Shown here in pieces: positions 30,398-42,004 of a stretch of 64,000 nucleotides of DNA. This stretch comes from a virus. The DNA lies in the IMG/VR virus record IMGVR_UViG_3300047497_000079, positions 17,637 to 81,636 of that record; one strand, written 5' to 3'. Numbering within the stretch: position 1 is the stretch's first letter; each line of letters starts with the position of its first letter. The position numbers and the translations under genes were made by a program. The notes under the pieces are model-generated. The model ran no database searches, was not told the origin of the DNA, and saw nothing but the letters and a program-made list of their open reading frames with translations.

Positions 30398-30763
30398 CTA
30401 GCTCCCCTCACCGCTCTTGCCGTCTCCGGACGCGTCTGCTTGGCAGGAAGCGGATTTCATCTCCGGGGGAAGATAATCTTGTAGAATCACCCATCGTTGC
30501 TTTTCGGAGAACCCCTCGTCATACAAATTCGAGATGATTGACTCCATCTCGATCCCTTCTCTAACGAGTTCTTTCTCAAACGGAGTGAGTTTATCGAAGA
30601 AATAAAACGCTCGACGAGCATTACTTTCGAGAGTCCTCCATGGAGTCTTCCATCCCCCGTGCTCGAATGATGCCGGAACCCATTCATCGGGACATAATCG
30701 TTTACCAAAGTCAGACGCCTTCCGACATCTTGGATTGAATTTCCATTTACCGAATACTGCCAT
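30398..30763 (-). CDS. Hypothetical protein
   Basis: ORF in the leftward block. Confidence 0.5.
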   Translation of the reverse strand: MAVFGKWKFNPRCRKASDFGKRLCPDEWVPASFEHGGWKTPWRTLESNARRAFYFFDKLTPFEKELVREGIEMESIISNLYDEGFSEKQRWVILQDYLPPEMKSASCQADASGDGKSGEGS

Positions 30764-30824
30764 TAATACGTCAGACCCGCTGCCAGAAGTCCGAGGATCA
30801 TTAGGATTTCACACACATACGAGA

Positions 30825-31340
30825 TCATACTCTTCTTTCCCTTTTGTGGACGGCTCTACTCTGACGCCGGGCTATGTGATTACCTTTGATAACGAGATCA
30901 ATGCCCGCGCCGCACAAGCGCGATAGAAGCTCGATGACGAGATATGAGAGTGCTATTAGGAAGATCATCAGAGGCTGAGCAATCTGGGAGTCCGATCCCG
31001 TCACGGACGTAACCAGCGCAATCTGATAATTGTGAACCTCGGGTTGTTGAGCCGTCTTCAAGGTTTCCATGATTGTGATTAAGGCGCAGTAGGTATAGCA
31101 CGCCAGTGTCGTCAAGAAGAGAAGGTGTGATTTGCCAAGTAAGGTCTGTACCAGCGGCACGACCAGGACGGCTATCGTGGCAATGGCATATGTCAACAAC
31201 TCAATAGAGCTGGTCTTTAGAAAGAGAACATTGGAGATAATGACGATAAGCTGAGAGGACACGGCGAGAGCTATAAGCGCGGCACCGAGACTCCAGTAGG
31301 TGTATGGAGAGTGAGTGGGCAGGCGAGTATGGGACGGCAT
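30825..31340 (-). CDS. Multi-pass membrane protein
   Basis: About four hydrophobic segments. Confidence 0.6.
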   Translation of the reverse strand: MPSHTRLPTHSPYTYWSLGAALIALAVSSQLIVIISNVLFLKTSSIELLTYAIATIAVLVVPLVQTLLGKSHLLFLTTLACYTYCALITIMETLKTAQQPEVHNYQIALVTSVTGSDSQIAQPLMIFLIALSYLVIELLSRLCGAGIDLVIKGNHIARRQSRAVHKRERRV

Positions 31341-31444
31341 GGGGAATATTCCAAATCAATGACTACTCCTCATTTAATTTCCCCTAATCATTCTTCAATA
31401 CTGATTCCGAGCAATGAATTGAATTATGAAATTATGATTAATGG

Positions 31445-31882
31445 CTATGGAAGTCCAACGAGAGTAGACAGATCAATAGTCGCCGGGATCTTGGGATCGA
31501 ACCATACCGAGGCGGAATCCGAAGCCGGGATAGCTTTACCGATCATTGCAGGAATAGGCAGTAGGATATAAGGCCCGTCGTCGCTTTTGGCCTTTTTGCG
31601 CATCGTCTTCAGCCAGGGCTTTGCTGCCTCTTCCCACGGCTTTTTCCAATACTTCGTGTCAGGAAGGACCTCGACGGCCATTTCAATCGTTGCGCCGTCC
31701 ACGCAAGCCACGGCGTCTTCCCAGCGGTAGATCTTCGGGTATCCAGGGATTCGGAAATAGAACTTATAATCGCCGAGTTCCACGTCCGAGAACAGATCAT
31801 TGTGAACGGTTCGCAGGGGCATGAAATTAGTGGGAGACCCCGAAGTAAATTCAATATCCATGGGATCAAGCACGAGCTTCAT
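31445..31882 (-). CDS. Hypothetical protein, paralog of the adjacent ORF
   Basis: C-terminal WFDPKIPATIDLSTLVGL resembles WFDPKMPSKINLDSLRGL; start uncertain. Confidence 0.55.
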   Translation of the reverse strand: MKLVLDPMDIEFTSGSPTNFMPLRTVHNDLFSDVELGDYKFYFRIPGYPKIYRWEDAVACVDGATIEMAVEVLPDTKYWKKPWEEAAKPWLKTMRKKAKSDDGPYILLPIPAMIGKAIPASDSASVWFDPKIPATIDLSTLVGLP

Positions 31883-31949
31883 CAGCTCATTCAAGTTTTT
31901 GCGATATTTCACATATCGTTCGCATCGCCCCCGAAAGCAGATGTGCATG

Positions 31950-32468
31950 TCATAGTCCTCTTAATGAATCGAGATTGATCTTGGATGGCATTTTTGGATC
32001 GAACCAGCATCGTGGCGGACCGGCCGTGAATTCGCGGCTGGATATCCGTATCGCCGCAGGAAAAGGAGCGGCGATGAATTCATTAATGTCCCATGTTTGA
32101 ACGGGCACACTAGAAGCCGGGTCTATGTACTCGAACTGGATATCGTAATATCCCGTTAGTCCCGAAATGGGGAATGGGGAGTGGCCTTCCCATATTCCAT
32201 CAAAGACCAATGCTGCGGGGCCTTTGAGGAAAAGTCTGCTAGGGCTCTTTGTGTCCCACACCTTTATGTGGAGCTTCGACTCTTCGAATGGATCAAGCGG
32301 AGAGAACAGGCGTAACATACGATGTACGTCGTGCCAGTAGGAATGTGGCATAGGCCATCCCGGATAGGAAAATTGAGCCCACGCGTCATGGACGCTATTC
32401 GCCATGGTACAAACTCCTTCAACCGTTGGGGCGTACCGTAATGCGGTCGTAGCAAGCTTTGCCTTCAT
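31950..32468 (-). CDS. Hypothetical protein, paralog of the adjacent ORF
   Basis: Shares the WFDPK.P..I.L..L.GL C-terminus. Confidence 0.55.
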   Translation of the reverse strand: MKAKLATTALRYAPTVEGVCTMANSVHDAWAQFSYPGWPMPHSYWHDVHRMLRLFSPLDPFEESKLHIKVWDTKSPSRLFLKGPAALVFDGIWEGHSPFPISGLTGYYDIQFEYIDPASSVPVQTWDINEFIAAPFPAAIRISSREFTAGPPRCWFDPKMPSKINLDSLRGL

Positions 32469-33116
32469 TCAAGCCGCCGAGATAGCCGACAGCGCCTGCG
32501 GTCATGAGCAGGAAGAAGATGATGGTGAAAAAGAACAGGTCTCTGGGCATTGGAACCTCAAGGAAGAATGTTGGAAAGATAGGGGACGGAAGCGGGACAT
32601 CCCATCGGATCGTCGATGAAGAAGCTCGCGATAGTGCCCACAATGGCGATAGTCATGACGATAGCGAACGCGCGCACAAATCCCTTGATGTCTTCGGGCA
32701 TCACAAAAACGTCCGAAACAAATCGACGAAGACATCGGGATAAAACAGTGCCACGCCGGAACCGAAAGTGATCGTCCAGCAAGCAATCAAAAGGATCACG
32801 GCGAGGTCCCCTCGTAAGTGAGCTGGTGAGAAGGGGGCGTGCGGGGCGATGGCACGATGAATATCCACACGCGCCACCTACGCCGCTCGGGCGGCCGGCC
32901 CGCCACGATACGCCCCAATTCCATGAGAAGGTTGACGGCGGTCAGCTCGACGAGCACGCCAAGCATGATCAAAAAGCGGCCGGCGCGACCCCGGAAATCC
33001 CTGCGGTTGTAGAGAATATCCGTCATGACGCGAACTTTCCACTGTTCCCATAGTTCGCCGTCGCCGGTGCGTGGTGGATCATATATCGTCATGTAGACCC
33101 CAATGAGTATGACCAA

Positions 33117-33750
33117 TTAATAGTATTCCGAAGCCGGGCAGCAAGTGCCCGGAGGAAAAATGGAATAAAATCATTTCATTAGCGTTAATATGGGGCGTTA
33201 ATAGGGATAGTTACCGCGACCAGGCCACGGGAGCAGTTGAGGGCAAAAAAGAGCCCCGAAGAGAATACACGCTCCGAGGCCAAGTTGAGATAGGGAAACT
33301 TGAAAGAGAAGGACTTCTCTTTCAAGGCGTCATGGTTAATGCATGGTTTAGGATTAGTCAAGGGGGGGAAGAGCGGAGCACCAGGGCTATGTTAGGCCAA
33401 CAGCTCGACGCTCTTCCCAGCCACCGTTCGCCTATTGGGCGGGGCACAGGTGGCTGCCCTTATATGTGACGGGCCTATAGCCGTGTCAACTATTCCGTTT
33501 GTGACAGATTTATCACAGACTATTAGTTTTATGAATGTATCTTCCCAAACAGGGAATAATACGTTAACCTTAACCTGATGCATACCGCATCATCAGGGTG
33601 GTTGACATGAGAGCTGAAGCAAACTCTTCCCATTTGCCGGTGTATACTCTTACCTTAGGTTGCGCTTTCGATTATGGGTGATAGCATCCTTACCCTTTGT
33701 TTTCGCGGGACTTCGGGAACAGAGAGGGGATCGTTAGATCCCCTTAGGAG
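33117..33750. promoter_or_regulatory. Divergent control region
   Basis: Strand switch; TTGACA/TTGACT -35 boxes on both strands; CtrA-like TAAA-N7-TTAACCAT on -; hairpins. Confidence 0.6.
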
Positions 33751-33921
33751 CGTGCATGAACCTCTTGAACTGTCTATCTATTGAATTAGTACGCATCTAT
33801 CGCTGGAACGGCACCGAGTTTGATTTTGTTCGATCCAGGTTCGTGGCTTTCGTTAAGAATACATCCTCCTCGACTACTACTATCTGCAAAGGGAACAATC
33901 CGTCCAAGTTACGGATTCGTC

Positions 33922-34209
33922 ATGATTGAATTAAGCTTATTTGCAGACTTTCCCTTTAAGATCAAATGGAAGCACTTGTGGGATCGTACGTGGGAAATAT
34001 CTCCCAACAAGTCACTTGAGATCGAGATTGAACGACGGAACTTAGTGTTCTCCTTTTTCCTGAGAGTATCCTTCCGGGGATATGACCATGCAGGCCCAAA
34101 GCTGCGCATGGGTTTGTTCTGTCACGAGATCTCCATTGACTTTTACGACATCCGTCACTGGGACCGGGAAGCCGATCAGTGGGAGAAACGCATGTGGCAG
34201 AAAGAATAA
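33922..34209 (+). CDS. Hypothetical protein
   Basis: DHAGP....GLF......FYD.RHWD motif. Confidence 0.6.
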   Translation: MIELSLFADFPFKIKWKHLWDRTWEISPNKSLEIEIERRNLVFSFFLRVSFRGYDHAGPKLRMGLFCHEISIDFYDIRHWDREADQWEKRMWQKE

Positions 34210-34326
34210 TTGCGATGTCGCTTGGAAACATAGATCCTGAAATGCTCGTACTTCCCGTGGCGTTGGGATCGGAATTAGGTCGTTACCTATGATAACTCTC
34301 GTTATACAATTAAGGATGGCAATGGC

Positions 34327-34809
34327 ATGGGCATGATGACAACAAACTCTGATACACGTTACAGTTCCCCAAAGCCGGGAAAAAAATCTTCTTACGCGGC
34401 GATCCGGCGCAAGTACCCGAATTTCTATGACGTCGTCGTCAGTAGTGAAAACGAGCTTAATGAGTACATGACGCAGACTTTTCCTCACTGGCAAGAATCG
34501 AGGCGTTGGGAAGAGGATGGCGTTACCCTCATCGAGCTGGTTGAGGACAACGTCGTGATGGAGGTCGTCGCTTTCACCGGTCCTAAGAAGGCAGACGTCA
34601 CCTTCTACTACTACCGCAAGGCGTCAACGGGCCGTTACATCGCGATTTCCCCCCAGGATGACGGCTTCTTCGCCGCCGATGACACTCTCGATGCTCTCCA
34701 AGCCAAGGCCGTTGAAGCGTGGAACGATCTGCGGGCCGTGCAGGGGCTGTCTCCCGTGGATGTGCAAGCTACATGGATCGAAATCGCCGTCCCGGCCGGG
34801 GAGGAATAG
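34327..34809 (+). CDS. Hypothetical protein with HicB/DUF1902-like C-terminal domain
   Basis: YIAISPQDDGFFAADDTLDALQAKAVEAWNDL. Confidence 0.5.
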   Translation: MGMMTTNSDTRYSSPKPGKKSSYAAIRRKYPNFYDVVVSSENELNEYMTQTFPHWQESRRWEEDGVTLIELVEDNVVMEVVAFTGPKKADVTFYYYRKASTGRYIAISPQDDGFFAADDTLDALQAKAVEAWNDLRAVQGLSPVDVQATWIEIAVPAGEE

Positions 34810-35662
34810 AGTCCGTGTACGCCATGAGAGCCGTCACTTCCCTCGATCCCGCGACGAACGCTTCCTCCGTCGTGCTATGGGATATGTTCAAGGGCGTTGA
34901 GCAGACGTGGCTGGGGTCGCGGCGTACTCTCGATCAATGCTCTTTGTTTCTTCGCGCCCCCGTCGACGATTCCGTCAAACATGAGAGCGTGTCCGTAAAG
35001 GAAGATCATTCCATCGCGGCTCTGCGGCGGCTTTGGGCTGACTATCCAGAGCTAATGAAAAAGTGGGATGCACCCCAAGTGCCGGAAGAGGAAGAGCATG
35101 ATTAGCAACATACTCTTAATGATCGTGATCATCATGGAGATAATACTCTTCGCCGATTATCTGGCGATGCGTAAGCGAATGGACCGTCTCCAACAGCGGT
35201 TGGAAAGCTTGATCATCCGCCGCCGCCTCGAACGCTTCTCGAATTGGGGCGTAGGAAGAGAACCATGAGCCGCATGATCCCTTATGATGTATCCGTCATC
35301 TCAACGGCAGGTCCGCCCCTACGTTACGTTGCGCGGATCGAAGCCGTCGACGAACATTCCGCCGCGCTGATCGCCATTCGCCGCGCCGGGTGCGAAGGCC
35401 GTCTCTGTGCCGTCTCGGTATCGGCCGGATATGGCGACGAAACATCGTACATCACCGATTATAAAACGGGGTATCGAACCCTCGAAGACTATTCACAGTA
35501 GAGGAAAAATGACGGAGGAAGCGTTCTATTATGACATGTGGATCATCTGCTTAGTAGGCTGGACCTTTACGTCATTCATGGCGTGGAGGTTATGGTTAGA
35601 AAATAGACGTTTGTTGAAGTTGCTTATCGGTAATCGTAAATCTAATGATACAGGGGCACAAC

Positions 35663-35932
35663 ATGGCGGCGGCGAAATACAAGGGCAAACATACCATCAT
35701 TAGCAACGGCATACTCTCTCATTATGAGCGTATTAAGACCGTCGAGGATCTCGCCGAATTCTTTTCGGGGGCAGATAAGGACGATCTCCAATTCTCGGAA
35801 TGTATCGATCCCGAATCGCATCAACGCTTCGTCGCCGTTACTAACGTAAAGACGGGCGAACGCAAGGCATACGACTTCGCCATCGCCCGCGCGTATAAGA
35901 ACGAAGTCGAATTTTTGCTGACGTTGAATTAG
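35663..35932 (+). CDS. Hypothetical protein
   Basis: AGGGG RBS; MAAAKYKGKH... Confidence 0.55.
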   Translation: MAAAKYKGKHTIISNGILSHYERIKTVEDLAEFFSGADKDDLQFSECIDPESHQRFVAVTNVKTGERKAYDFAIARAYKNEVEFLLTLN

Positions 35933-35941
35933 GGGAACACT

Positions 35942-36382
35942 ATGGGTTCTGAAATTGATCGTAGAGGCTTCCTGGGCCTCGTAGGGGCCTTTGCAGCTCC
36001 GGCCGTGATCCTGACACCGGGCTTGCTAATGCCCGTCCATAAGCGTCTGTTGACGTCGAGAGAAGCCGAGCTAATTTCCCTGTACAAGCTTCCCGATCAG
36101 ATCTTGTTCTCGGCGGCTTCACCATCCGTACAGAGACAGATGATTGCGGCCGCCGAATTCTGGACCAGGGCATTCCCCCGGCGATCTCTGGGCGAGCTAG
36201 TGGAATCCAAACATGATTTCGGCGTCGATGCCGGCTTGGTCTATCTCGGGCCGGGTAAGCGTGGCATTCGTCCCGATGGAGGCCCGGCCGCGCTATACGA
36301 CTATTCCCGTCCTCGCTGCGTATTAGATTGTATCCCTCTCTATCCATGGATGGACAAGGAGACGCGCTATGATCGGACGTAG
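35942..36382 (+). CDS. Protein with twin-arginine-like N-terminus
   Basis: DRRGFLGLVGAFAAPAVILTPGLLMPV. Confidence 0.6.
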   Translation: MGSEIDRRGFLGLVGAFAAPAVILTPGLLMPVHKRLLTSREAELISLYKLPDQILFSAASPSVQRQMIAAAEFWTRAFPRRSLGELVESKHDFGVDAGLVYLGPGKRGIRPDGGPAALYDYSRPRCVLDCIPLYPWMDKETRYDRT

Positions 36383-36653
36383 AGGATTTATCACGGGCCT
36401 CACGGGTCTAATAGCGGCACCAACCGTCATTCGTACGCCGGGCTTGCTCATGCCTATTCGTTCGGGGCGCGGTATCTATGACTTCGTCGTCGTATGTGAC
36501 TCAACCAATAACACGCCTGATATTGATGTCCCCGATGATGTGTTTAATCACCAGTTCACTCTTGACCAAGTACAGGTGAATGCAAGCGTCCGCCGCCTCG
36601 AAGCGGTTTATATCTGGGAACGTCGGGATGGGATCTGGCTGTCTCAATCGTAA
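36369..36653 (+). CDS. Twin-arginine-like leader fused to a tail-sheath-like motif
   Basis: GRRGFITGLTGLIAAPTVIRTPGLLMPIR followed by GRGIYDFVVVCDSTNNTPD. Confidence 0.6.
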   Translation: MIGRRGFITGLTGLIAAPTVIRTPGLLMPIRSGRGIYDFVVVCDSTNNTPDIDVPDDVFNHQFTLDQVQVNASVRRLEAVYIWERRDGIWLSQS

Positions 36654-36702
36654 TTAATTGATTAAAAAGCCGAGAGGGGTCGTGATCGAGGTCACGATTA
36701 TC

Positions 36703-37713
36703 TCAGCTCGTTCTTTGTACCTGAGCTATTGCGGTCTTTTTGAAGACGGCCACTTCGTCGACCACGGCGCGGGCATTCGTTAGGCTGTTTGATCCAGGCC
36801 GAAGGAGAATATAACTAGACACCTTTTTAACGTCGGGGTGTTTCAGAAGCTTGTTGGCGTTCATCTTCAGGACCACGAACGATTCTCCTACGGCCACGGC
36901 GGATGATCCCTCCGTTATTGATATCATCGGATGCACGTTGGTATAGCGTATGGCTTCGCCGTGGCGGTCATTAGGGAATTCGATGATGTTCTTCTCGCGG
37001 TAAAGTTCATATTCGTTCCATAACAGCGTTAGATATACAGGCGGGAGCTTGTGTGTCCACGTAGGAAAGGTTATTTGCTTAAGCCCTTTGAGCCGGGATG
37101 GTTCGAATACGAGATAGCACACAGGTGTTGATGTACCCTCTGTTTCCTCTTTGGCCGTGTCCTTATACTGGATGGCATCGTAAAGGCGGGCCAGCTTGGA
37201 TCGAACGAAGGATATGTCTCTTCGTACTTGAGATAGGCTTACGTACCTGTCCATTTCTAATAGCATGCACATCTTTCGGGTACGAGAAGTCTCCGTGCCA
37301 TTGTTTCCTTTAAGATAACCCTTCACTTTCTTGGGTCGATTCGAATACTTTAGGAGATATTGTTCCCACGCATCGACGTCGTCACCGAACTTCGTGCGAA
37401 AGAAGAGCCTATTGAACGCGAGGAAATCGTCGGGACAGTCGCCGGATTGATCGAGGACTAGGATGCGCGGCGGTATCTGAGCTTGATACAGATTAAGGGC
37501 CAGAGTGTTCTTGATGCCGTAGTAATTCATCGACAGCTTTGGATCTTTGGCCCAGTGCGTACCTAGATACATGTCGATGGTCGTGGCGTGGTGTTTTATT
37601 CGTTCGGCGGCATAACCCGCGCGGTACATCTTGTTGGGGAGTATCAGTCCTTTAAGGTATTTGGCGAGGTCTGCTACGGAGTATTCGGCGAGGTGCTGGG
37701 CGAACGATAACAT
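36703..37713 (-). CDS. Putative ADP-ribosyltransferase-fold protein (ART-PolyVal-like) with capsid-targeting-like N-terminus
   Basis: MLSFAQHLAE; MYRAG..GTHWAKD..YDAIQYKD..E..YLVFEP..LK; TAAATA-N5-ATG. Confidence 0.55.
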   Translation of the reverse strand: MLSFAQHLAEYSVADLAKYLKGLILPNKMYRAGYAAERIKHHATTIDMYLGTHWAKDPKLSMNYYGIKNTLALNLYQAQIPPRILVLDQSGDCPDDFLAFNRLFFRTKFGDDVDAWEQYLLKYSNRPKKVKGYLKGNNGTETSRTRKMCMLLEMDRYVSLSQVRRDISFVRSKLARLYDAIQYKDTAKEETEGTSTPVCYLVFEPSRLKGLKQITFPTWTHKLPPVYLTLLWNEYELYREKNIIEFPNDRHGEAIRYTNVHPMISITEGSSAVAVGESFVVLKMNANKLLKHPDVKKVSSYILLRPGSNSLTNARAVVDEVAVFKKTAIAQVQRTS

Positions 37714-37749
37714 GCTCGTATTTATGCGTACGCATTACATAAATATGGG

Positions 37750-38724
37750 ATGCTATCCTTCTCGTCCTATATCCTCTCCGAACGCCTCGACTTCGACTTT
37801 CTCCAGGATGCTCGCACGACGGGTAACGCCGTGTTCGATGCGCTTCTAATTTACATTAAGAGCCATGGAGGATTACCGGAAACGCGCGATACGAGAAAGA
37901 TTCGAAGTTATTTTAAGAACGATCCCAATACTCACTGTGTACGTGTAAGAGACTTGCCCGTAACAGACGACATCAAATCACGATATGGTTCATCGCTAAT
38001 CTCTTTTGTGCCTTATGTCGTGTTGAATCCAAAATATAATGGAATGGGTCTTTATTTTGAAGGCGGTTATTCACATCCTACGGGTCCTGCTTTTATAAGA
38101 GCTATTACGACTCGTTTGTTTACGATCCTTAATAGTATTTTTATTGGGTATGTGACGCCTATCAATGACACATCACGCTTTGCTTATGAGATGTCTAATA
38201 TCAGGCGAACGACCTTCCTTCATGAGTGGACGCATTATATGCAGTATGTTATGGCGAAGAAGAATGTCGAATACGCCGATGCCAAAGATGATTTGGACGC
38301 CTATCACAACCGATCCGCTGAGGTCGAGGCATTTACGCAAGAGATACTGCACGATCTGGATCTCACGTTTAATCCAACATTTGGACCAAAGGGCGTAAAG
38401 ACGTTCAAACAGTGTAATTGGTCGTCTCGATCCAAGTTCAATTCACCCAATGAACTATTAAGAGCGATGCTTGCTGATGCTCATGCTCGGGGCATATATG
38501 ACAAATTCAATGCCGAAAATAAGATAAACGTGCTTAGAGTCGTGTATGACAATTATAAGAAAATTATTATGAATCAGACATTGAAGGCCATTGCTCCCGA
38601 TAAAAGCAGAGCAAGAGAGATAGCAATGCGGAAAATGGAGATTGATCATGAGAGGCGCAAACGTGATGCATTCCTTAATGCAGTCTTTGCTCGTAAGCGG
38701 GAGGCATTGAAGGCTCGTGCTTGA
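37750..38724 (+). CDS. Zincin (HExxH) metallopeptidase with capsid-targeting-like N-terminus
   Basis: MLSFSSYILSE; FLHEWTHYMQ..YHNRSAEVEAF; TAAATA-N4-ATG. Confidence 0.7.
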   Translation: MLSFSSYILSERLDFDFLQDARTTGNAVFDALLIYIKSHGGLPETRDTRKIRSYFKNDPNTHCVRVRDLPVTDDIKSRYGSSLISFVPYVVLNPKYNGMGLYFEGGYSHPTGPAFIRAITTRLFTILNSIFIGYVTPINDTSRFAYEMSNIRRTTFLHEWTHYMQYVMAKKNVEYADAKDDLDAYHNRSAEVEAFTQEILHDLDLTFNPTFGPKGVKTFKQCNWSSRSKFNSPNELLRAMLADAHARGIYDKFNAENKINVLRVVYDNYKKIIMNQTLKAIAPDKSRAREIAMRKMEIDHERRKRDAFLNAVFARKREALKARA

Positions 38725-38895
38725 ATCGTGCATGAATCGTCGTGGAATCGTGCAAAACCCATGCAAATGCCATGCCTAATCGTGCGAGAACCATTCGGCG
38801 GCGTGCGAAGGCGTGCGGGACTGTCCAAGGTCATTCTAATGCGTGTAGGGGCGGTTCATTGCATTTATATGCATGTCCTTGCGGTTCATTAACTG
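38722..38895. repeat. Cluster of short direct repeats
   Basis: AATCGT x4 (mostly AATCGTGC), GGCGTGCG x2, GCGGTTCATT x2. Confidence 0.6.
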
Positions 38896-39504
38896 CACAG
38901 ACTCTTGCCCTCGATCTCCCACCCCCAGGGTCGCAAGCGGCCCACACAAGCCTGCCCAAGAATTGATCACGAACTGCCTAAGGAATACTCAAAGTTCCAT
39001 AATCCAACTTATGCGAACGAAAAACATGGGAGTAGTCGGCCCGTTCAAGGCATCATCGATCTCCAACTGCAAGGTGAACACAAAGTGAAACTCACAGCAA
39101 CGTTGGGGTTGAAGTCCGTTGCCAATCCGGCATAAACTCTTCCCTCGCCCCATCGTCAGGGGGCAAGGAGGAGGGGTTCTCAACGGCGCGTACGATCCAT
39201 TTGCAGCCGTGACAGCGGGGTAGAACCCCTCCTCCCCTCCCGTAAGCCCTGTCATATCAACGCCCTGTCCTGGCCCGTCCTTGTGGTTCATGGAGGGCCG
39301 CGCGTTCGCGCCGGCCTGTAGAAACCGACATATGCCAGGGATGGCATGGTGCAGTTGGGGACCCCGGTTGCCAGGAGTCTACATTGCTCTTTGCACGTTT
39401 TTGCTAGGATCACCCCTCGTTTACCAAGGTTTTACAAAGGGGTACCTTGCCCTTACAAATTTTTTTGCCAACCCCAACTACTCCCTGAAACGATTGGAGT
39501 AGTC

Positions 39505-39927
39505 ATGGCAAGCCCCGAAACAGAACTATCCCTTGCGCTGGGTCCATTGCAGGATCTTGCGACGAACATGCTTAGGACAGTCCGGCCTGGCTTGGGTGGG
39601 AATCCTCATTTGCTCTATGAACAGGCATTGGCATTCATTGAAGCTTTTGAGACCTATCGGGATCGTATGGGGCAATCCCTCACATCTGAAGACGTTCGCC
39701 GGGTGCTGAAGCTGCCCCCTCTTATCATGAGTTATGAAAACAGGGCTTCTGGAAAATATAGTGAGCTTTGCGTAGCCCGGAGTGAGTTCATCGACGAGGT
39801 CGTCGCGGCCTCTCTCCAGCTTGCTGCTTCAACGCTGACTTGGAATAATTCCATGCGAAGCAGGGCCGATTGGGCGATCATGGATGCCATGCAACAATAT
39901 CAAAAAATCAGAAGGCAAGTAGTATAA
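39505..39927 (+). CDS. Hypothetical protein
   Basis: GGAG RBS before MASPETEL. Confidence 0.55.
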   Translation: MASPETELSLALGPLQDLATNMLRTVRPGLGGNPHLLYEQALAFIEAFETYRDRMGQSLTSEDVRRVLKLPPLIMSYENRASGKYSELCVARSEFIDEVVAASLQLAASTLTWNNSMRSRADWAIMDAMQQYQKIRRQVV

Positions 39928-39928
39928 C

Positions 39929-40468
39929 ATGGCTTATCCTAGATATGATAGTAATGGAAACTTGCGTCCTCCTTCGACGAGGCGGCGTATCAAAAGGGCT
40001 ACGGCCGACCGCATGGTGGCGGACTTCCTCAATAGGGTGCAAGCCTATGGAGAAGACGACACACGGCTCCTCTGGATTCACAAGGTATGGGCCTTTGGTT
40101 CCTACACCAGGGACGATCCAACCCTTGGCGACGTCGACTTATGCGTGAAGTTCTTGAGGAAGCCCGAATGGACGATGCTGGAAGTCATGGAGCAAGCCGA
40201 TGCAGAAGCACCACCTAGCTGGGATTGGTACCATCACATCTGCTGGGATGTCACCGATCTATTCCGCCGCATTAAGGGCCGTAATGGATACTTGTCCATC
40301 GGCGATCTCCGGGACATCAAGAATGCCGAATTCTTTCCCGTCATGTACCCGCATATGAAGCTCCTGTACGAACATGAACGGTCAGACTGGATTGCTTCGG
40401 AAGCCAGGAAGGTGAGGTCATACAAAAATCTACAACCCGTCATGGGCATCGAATATGCTCTATTTTAA
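39929..40468 (+). CDS. Pol-beta-like nucleotidyltransferase domain protein
   Basis: VWAFGSYTR.....GDVDLCV. Confidence 0.75.
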   Translation: MAYPRYDSNGNLRPPSTRRRIKRATADRMVADFLNRVQAYGEDDTRLLWIHKVWAFGSYTRDDPTLGDVDLCVKFLRKPEWTMLEVMEQADAEAPPSWDWYHHICWDVTDLFRRIKGRNGYLSIGDLRDIKNAEFFPVMYPHMKLLYEHERSDWIASEARKVRSYKNLQPVMGIEYALF

Positions 40469-42004
40469 ATTGTTCGAAACGGGACAGGCTGGCGACGGCC
40501 CCTTAGCAGAATTCCGATGCACGGCTATTCCTCCCGCAGGCACGGTCTTATGGACGGATAAGGGACCGTACAAGGTAGTATCCATCGAGGCCGTGTTGTC
40601 CAAGGACGGGACCTTAAACGCCTTTGAGATGATGGTAGAAAAGCAATGAAGGGGGCCGATCTTGAAAATATCATCATTTACGTCTCCATAGTCTTATGCA
40701 CGGCGGCGGTGGCGTACTGGCTACATTCACCACAGGGACTGTGGTCAATGCTCATGCTCCTCTTCGTCAAGTATGATGCATGAAGACGTTAGGAGACATA
40801 GCCTACGAAGCCTTTTACGCGAAGATGAACGCGATCTTTGCCCAGGACAAGATGCCGTCCAAGGCAAAGGACTCCGTGGGGTCGAAGTGCTGGGAAGCCG
40901 CGGCCGAGGCCGTAAGGAAAGAAGTGGCCGCGAAGATCCTGGCGGCTGTCGTGGCTCCTGGCTATGTAAGCTGTGATGAACAATTTTCGCAAGGGTATGA
41001 TAGCGCCATCGAAAAGACTCGGGAAGACATCGCCGCTCTCTTTAAGGAAAGTCCATGAATGAGATATTCGCCATCATCAGCCTCCCGCGACCTAATCGAC
41101 GGCGCACGGCATGAAGTGGCGGTGGCTTCTTAACGAGCAGACCGAGCTTGGGTGGATGGTATGGCCGTTCCTTTTGTTCGCAATTTCTGGCGCGATCACG
41201 GCAATTCTTTCTGAATATGGCGTAATATGAAGCTGATGTGGCAGTCTAAGAGATTAGTCGATCCATACGACGTAACGGTCATCATTAAGGAAATCGATCA
41301 CCACACCCGAATCATGATCGACATGATTAAATACGAACAACAATGAACTTCCCCTGTGCATTCACATACATCGAACGGGATTGGGACCGTGCCGGAATAT
41401 TTCACGTCCTGAAGTTTGCTCTTATCGAAGATCCCGAACAATACGAGAAGATCATAAGGAACGTCGAGGACGGTGTGTGTTTCGTTTGCTGGGTATCCCC
41501 TGGTCCTCCACAGCCCCTTTCCGTGCAAGATCCCGAACCTCCCGTAGATCCCCTGTAACAACCGAGGACGACATGTACCTGCTTCAGATGTGGCTGGAAG
41601 GCCAGAAGACGCACTGGAAAGATCATTCCTTCGTATTCCCCAACGGACGTGAATATATGATCGAAGCGGCGGCAAAAGCCGTCGAGAACGGAATAGCGGC
41701 CGAGGCCGTCCTGTGGTGGCTACGAGACATGACATCTCCCTTTATGTTCCCCGATGGACGCGAACAGATGCTGGCTTTGGTTATGTCGGTGCGAGAAGGA
41801 GCCAAAAGGCATGAACCTACGGGATGAAGTGTTCCGCGTCCTCGAAATCGCCGTGTACGAAAACGGCGAGAAGACTTTTCTGCTTTTACCCCCCTCTTTC
41901 GTGGCCGTGGAGATCAATTCGTACAACTCAACCCTGAACAAATTTGACCCCGCCGCCCTGGAACCATACATTGCCGAGTGGCAGGAAAACGAAGGATACG
42001 GACA

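Noticed and set aside
38722-38895. CRISPR mini-array
   Set aside because: Repeats are only 6-10 bp with irregular spacing; no cas genes
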